From Phoronis australis (taxonomy: Eukaryota; Animalia; Phoronida): DNA of 64,000 bases. Positions within the stretch are counted from its first letter, which is position 1; each line of letters opens with the position of its first letter. The stretch spans positions 204,136 through 268,135 of the forward strand of contig NMRA01000034.1 of the NCBI GenBank assembly GCA_002633005.1, written 5' to 3'. Below are positions 61,601 through 64,000 of the stretch, one piece after another. The notes below the pieces were generated by a model. The model was not told where the DNA came from. It made no database searches and saw only the letters and a list, made by a program, of their open reading frames with translations. A program made the translations under genes and the position numbers.

Positions 61601-63944
61601 CTCACGGAGTGCAAAGAAACTGCTAAGTACAACTTAAATATCTATCAACCTCATCATCAGGGCTATGAGGAAAGTTTTACTACTAACAATTTGCAGTAAA
61701 AAGTCACCAATTCAGGAATAATTTTAGGAGCGCGACCCCAGCTATTGAAATATATCATGTAATTAGTTAAATTGAAACGCACTTAGCTGTTCAGACTTAT
61801 TACAACTCGTGTGTCGTACTGAGGCAGTGAACAAAATCCCACATACTTAACTGCCACCCCAAAATGAAAGAGAATGTGACCAGATATCCGACCAACCTGA
61901 CACATAGGTCCTAGAAAATTGGCTAATAGATTTGAGGTCATGTAAGTAAATTGACTCATAGCCACCCTTTTGTTATTAAAACCGATCTTTTCCATTGAAA
62001 CGATCACCATCCTGGTTACGACCATCGCCACCGTTGTTGTTGCCATTATCAACGTCATCTTTCTTGCTAGTATTATCACTCAGTGTCATCATCATCAACA
62101 TCACCATCACCATCATCATCACCACCACCATCGACGTCATCGTTTTCGTCAATGTCATCCGCAGTAACGACTGAATCATCGTTACATCCGTGAACGTTAC
62201 CAAGAGTGACACCAACATCATCATCGTGATCGTCAGTCGCAGTAGCGGTAATAGAATGCTCCATCATTGCAACTTTCATCAGTCACGTTTAATTTGGCAT
62301 TGTGAATGGGTTAGGTATGTCAGAAATGTCACGCTATACTAACTTGCGCGTTACAAGTTTACAATCCAATGTAATAGGGGTGCGTAAGGAAGCTTCATTA
62401 TCTTCAGGAACTTGTTCCACACTCTGGCTAGTTGCAGTAACGTCTATTTCAATGGCTGAAACGAATTTACATGCGGTACATTCACTTTTAGAGTTCAAAG
62501 TAAGAGATGCAAACATCGACTTCCTTCACTGGCGCATTTAATTCTTTCAGTGCAACGTCGTCATGTTCTGGTTACAACAGAATGCTTGGAGTCCCCCTGG
62601 TGACCACACTGCCTGGCAAATGAATCTAACCCGCTGTCACAAGCAACTTAATGGGTGTGGTCTGAAATCGGATCAATCAACTTCTTCCCAAGAAATGATT
62701 TCTAAACTGAGTAAGGAACAAGATGAAACAGTAATATTGTTTTTAGTAGGAGGGAAGGATTTAATGTTTGTTAATAGACCAAACCGGACTTAAGTGTTCC
62801 TTTCAATCCTAGTTTGGACCAGTCTTCATTTATTGCACATTTGTATCCTACCCATGTACGCGTGCATCTTAAAACCGACTGTACACTCTGATAGAACAAC
62901 CTTCAACACTGGCATACCTTCAAATAGTTTCGTCAGTTGTAGCCGCGCTGATGTAAGAGTAAGTAGCAGGACCACACTGGTGCCAGCTTTCAATGGGTTA
63001 CCGATGTCACAGGTAACAGTTTCCCTTACGTCGGTTTCGTTTAGTATGGCACGATCGCACATGGCGCTTTCAGCTTTCTTCGTCTCAACATGGACGAATT
63101 GTAGATCCCGTGAGTACTGAATTGTCAAAACAGTTTCGAAAGCGTCTTCCCCTCGATTTTCCACTTTTATACGAAGAGGCACGTGGTTGTCTGCGCCAAG
63201 TAAGATTGAGCGTCGGTTATTGGGGAAGCGCACTTCAGCACTAACGTGAAGATCACTCTCGCAGATTTTGTTTGATCCACAGTCTTTGATGTATTCTGTC
63301 TGTAAAAGAAAACACAATCCTAAAAAACAAGGACACGCACAGTAAAACCGTTGGCGATTAAACCTACCGATTATGAAACGACTCGATTGGCATCCGATTC
63401 GCAATCAAACTGAAGGGGTTCCAGGATCTGAAGATGACGCACAGGACGAATCAGGAATATCTAACTTCACGTTTAACGATGCAAACTATCTTCTGGGTTG
63501 TAGATTCATGGTCAATGAGCACGTTAATTGTCCTAAAACTCAAAAGTTATGAAAACTAAAGAATCGCCTGAGCCTGTTTACCAGTTACACCTGCATATGA
63601 CAGACCAGAGGATTTCTAGACCCATGACCCCATGGCGTAGCGAGGGGAGGCAAAGGGATTTTGGTCTATGCCGACAACGGAGAAAATGCGAGTACACTAC
63701 GACGTCGACAGCAGTTTCGCCCCACCCCGATCATAACCTTAACAGTGGACTCGCCACTAGTTGTTTTTTTGCCTGTTGAACGTGTACTAACAGTAAAATA
63801 CACATATGTAATAAAGTGCATTTTTACCTGTTTTTTAAAATGCGTCTGTGTGAAACGACTCATGACAGGTCCATTGTCCGAAGTCTGGATGAAGTCGACG
63901 TCTATGGAGTATACTATAGGTCGCAATAGGTCTCGTGGATTATC
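55650..63944 (-). CDS. Integrin alpha subunit, C-terminal half (thigh/genu, calf-1, calf-2, TM, cytoplasmic tail), 5' part beyond the window; exons 63828-63944, 62918-63299, 62344-62455, 61351-61546, 60071-60205, 59382-59501, 58830-58931, 57648-57767, 55650-55826
   Basis: Genu motif KDCGSNKICESDL; calf-1 VENRGEDAFET and TCDIGNPLKAG; calf-2 ITNRGPS and DCATALCSRSLC; TM WILAVSIGVGIGLLGTLVVIFWK, followed by VGFFRR (a GFFKR variant). All junctions are GT-AG and in phase. The subfamily cannot be assigned. Confidence 0.95.
59598..59650. repeat. Tandem duplication, 2 x 26 bp
   Basis: CAATTATGATTGTGGTCACCGTGACA occurs twice in tandem. Confidence 0.85.
61990..62285. repeat. Degenerate (CAT/CAC)n low-complexity tract in an integrin intron
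   Basis: Directly visible; it generates spurious poly-His, poly-Asp and poly-Met ORFs. Confidence 0.85.
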
Positions 63945-64000
63945 CTGCAAAAATCATTGCGCAGCAGTTTGAGGACAATTTATGACTGTAGGTCTACGTG

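Overview
AT-rich, intron-rich animal genomic DNA, probably an invertebrate; the species cannot be established from the sequence. It is not prokaryotic, so most entries in the ORF track are spurious and genes were rebuilt from GT-AG exons by hand. Four protein-coding genes are supported. (1) A ~392-aa coiled-coil protein of unknown family on the minus strand (502-10110). (2) A complete 14-coding-exon NRAMP/SLC11 (DMT1/Malvolio-like) divalent metal transporter of ~569 aa on the plus strand (20560-41007). (3) A 3-exon TMIE homolog of ~157 aa on the minus strand (46214-48462). (4) The 3' half of an integrin alpha subunit on the minus strand (55650 to beyond the window end). Introns and spacers hold many MITEs, LINE/Penelope/BEL relics and micro/minisatellites, plus three assembly gaps. 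The most notable observations are a 26-bp minisatellite built from an exon-intron junction (an array of 5' splice sites), a possible DMT1-like alternative C-terminus, a 112-bp foldback insertion in an NRAMP intron, and signalling-type motifs on the integrin and TMIE tails. I found no clear evidence of a wholly new multi-gene system.
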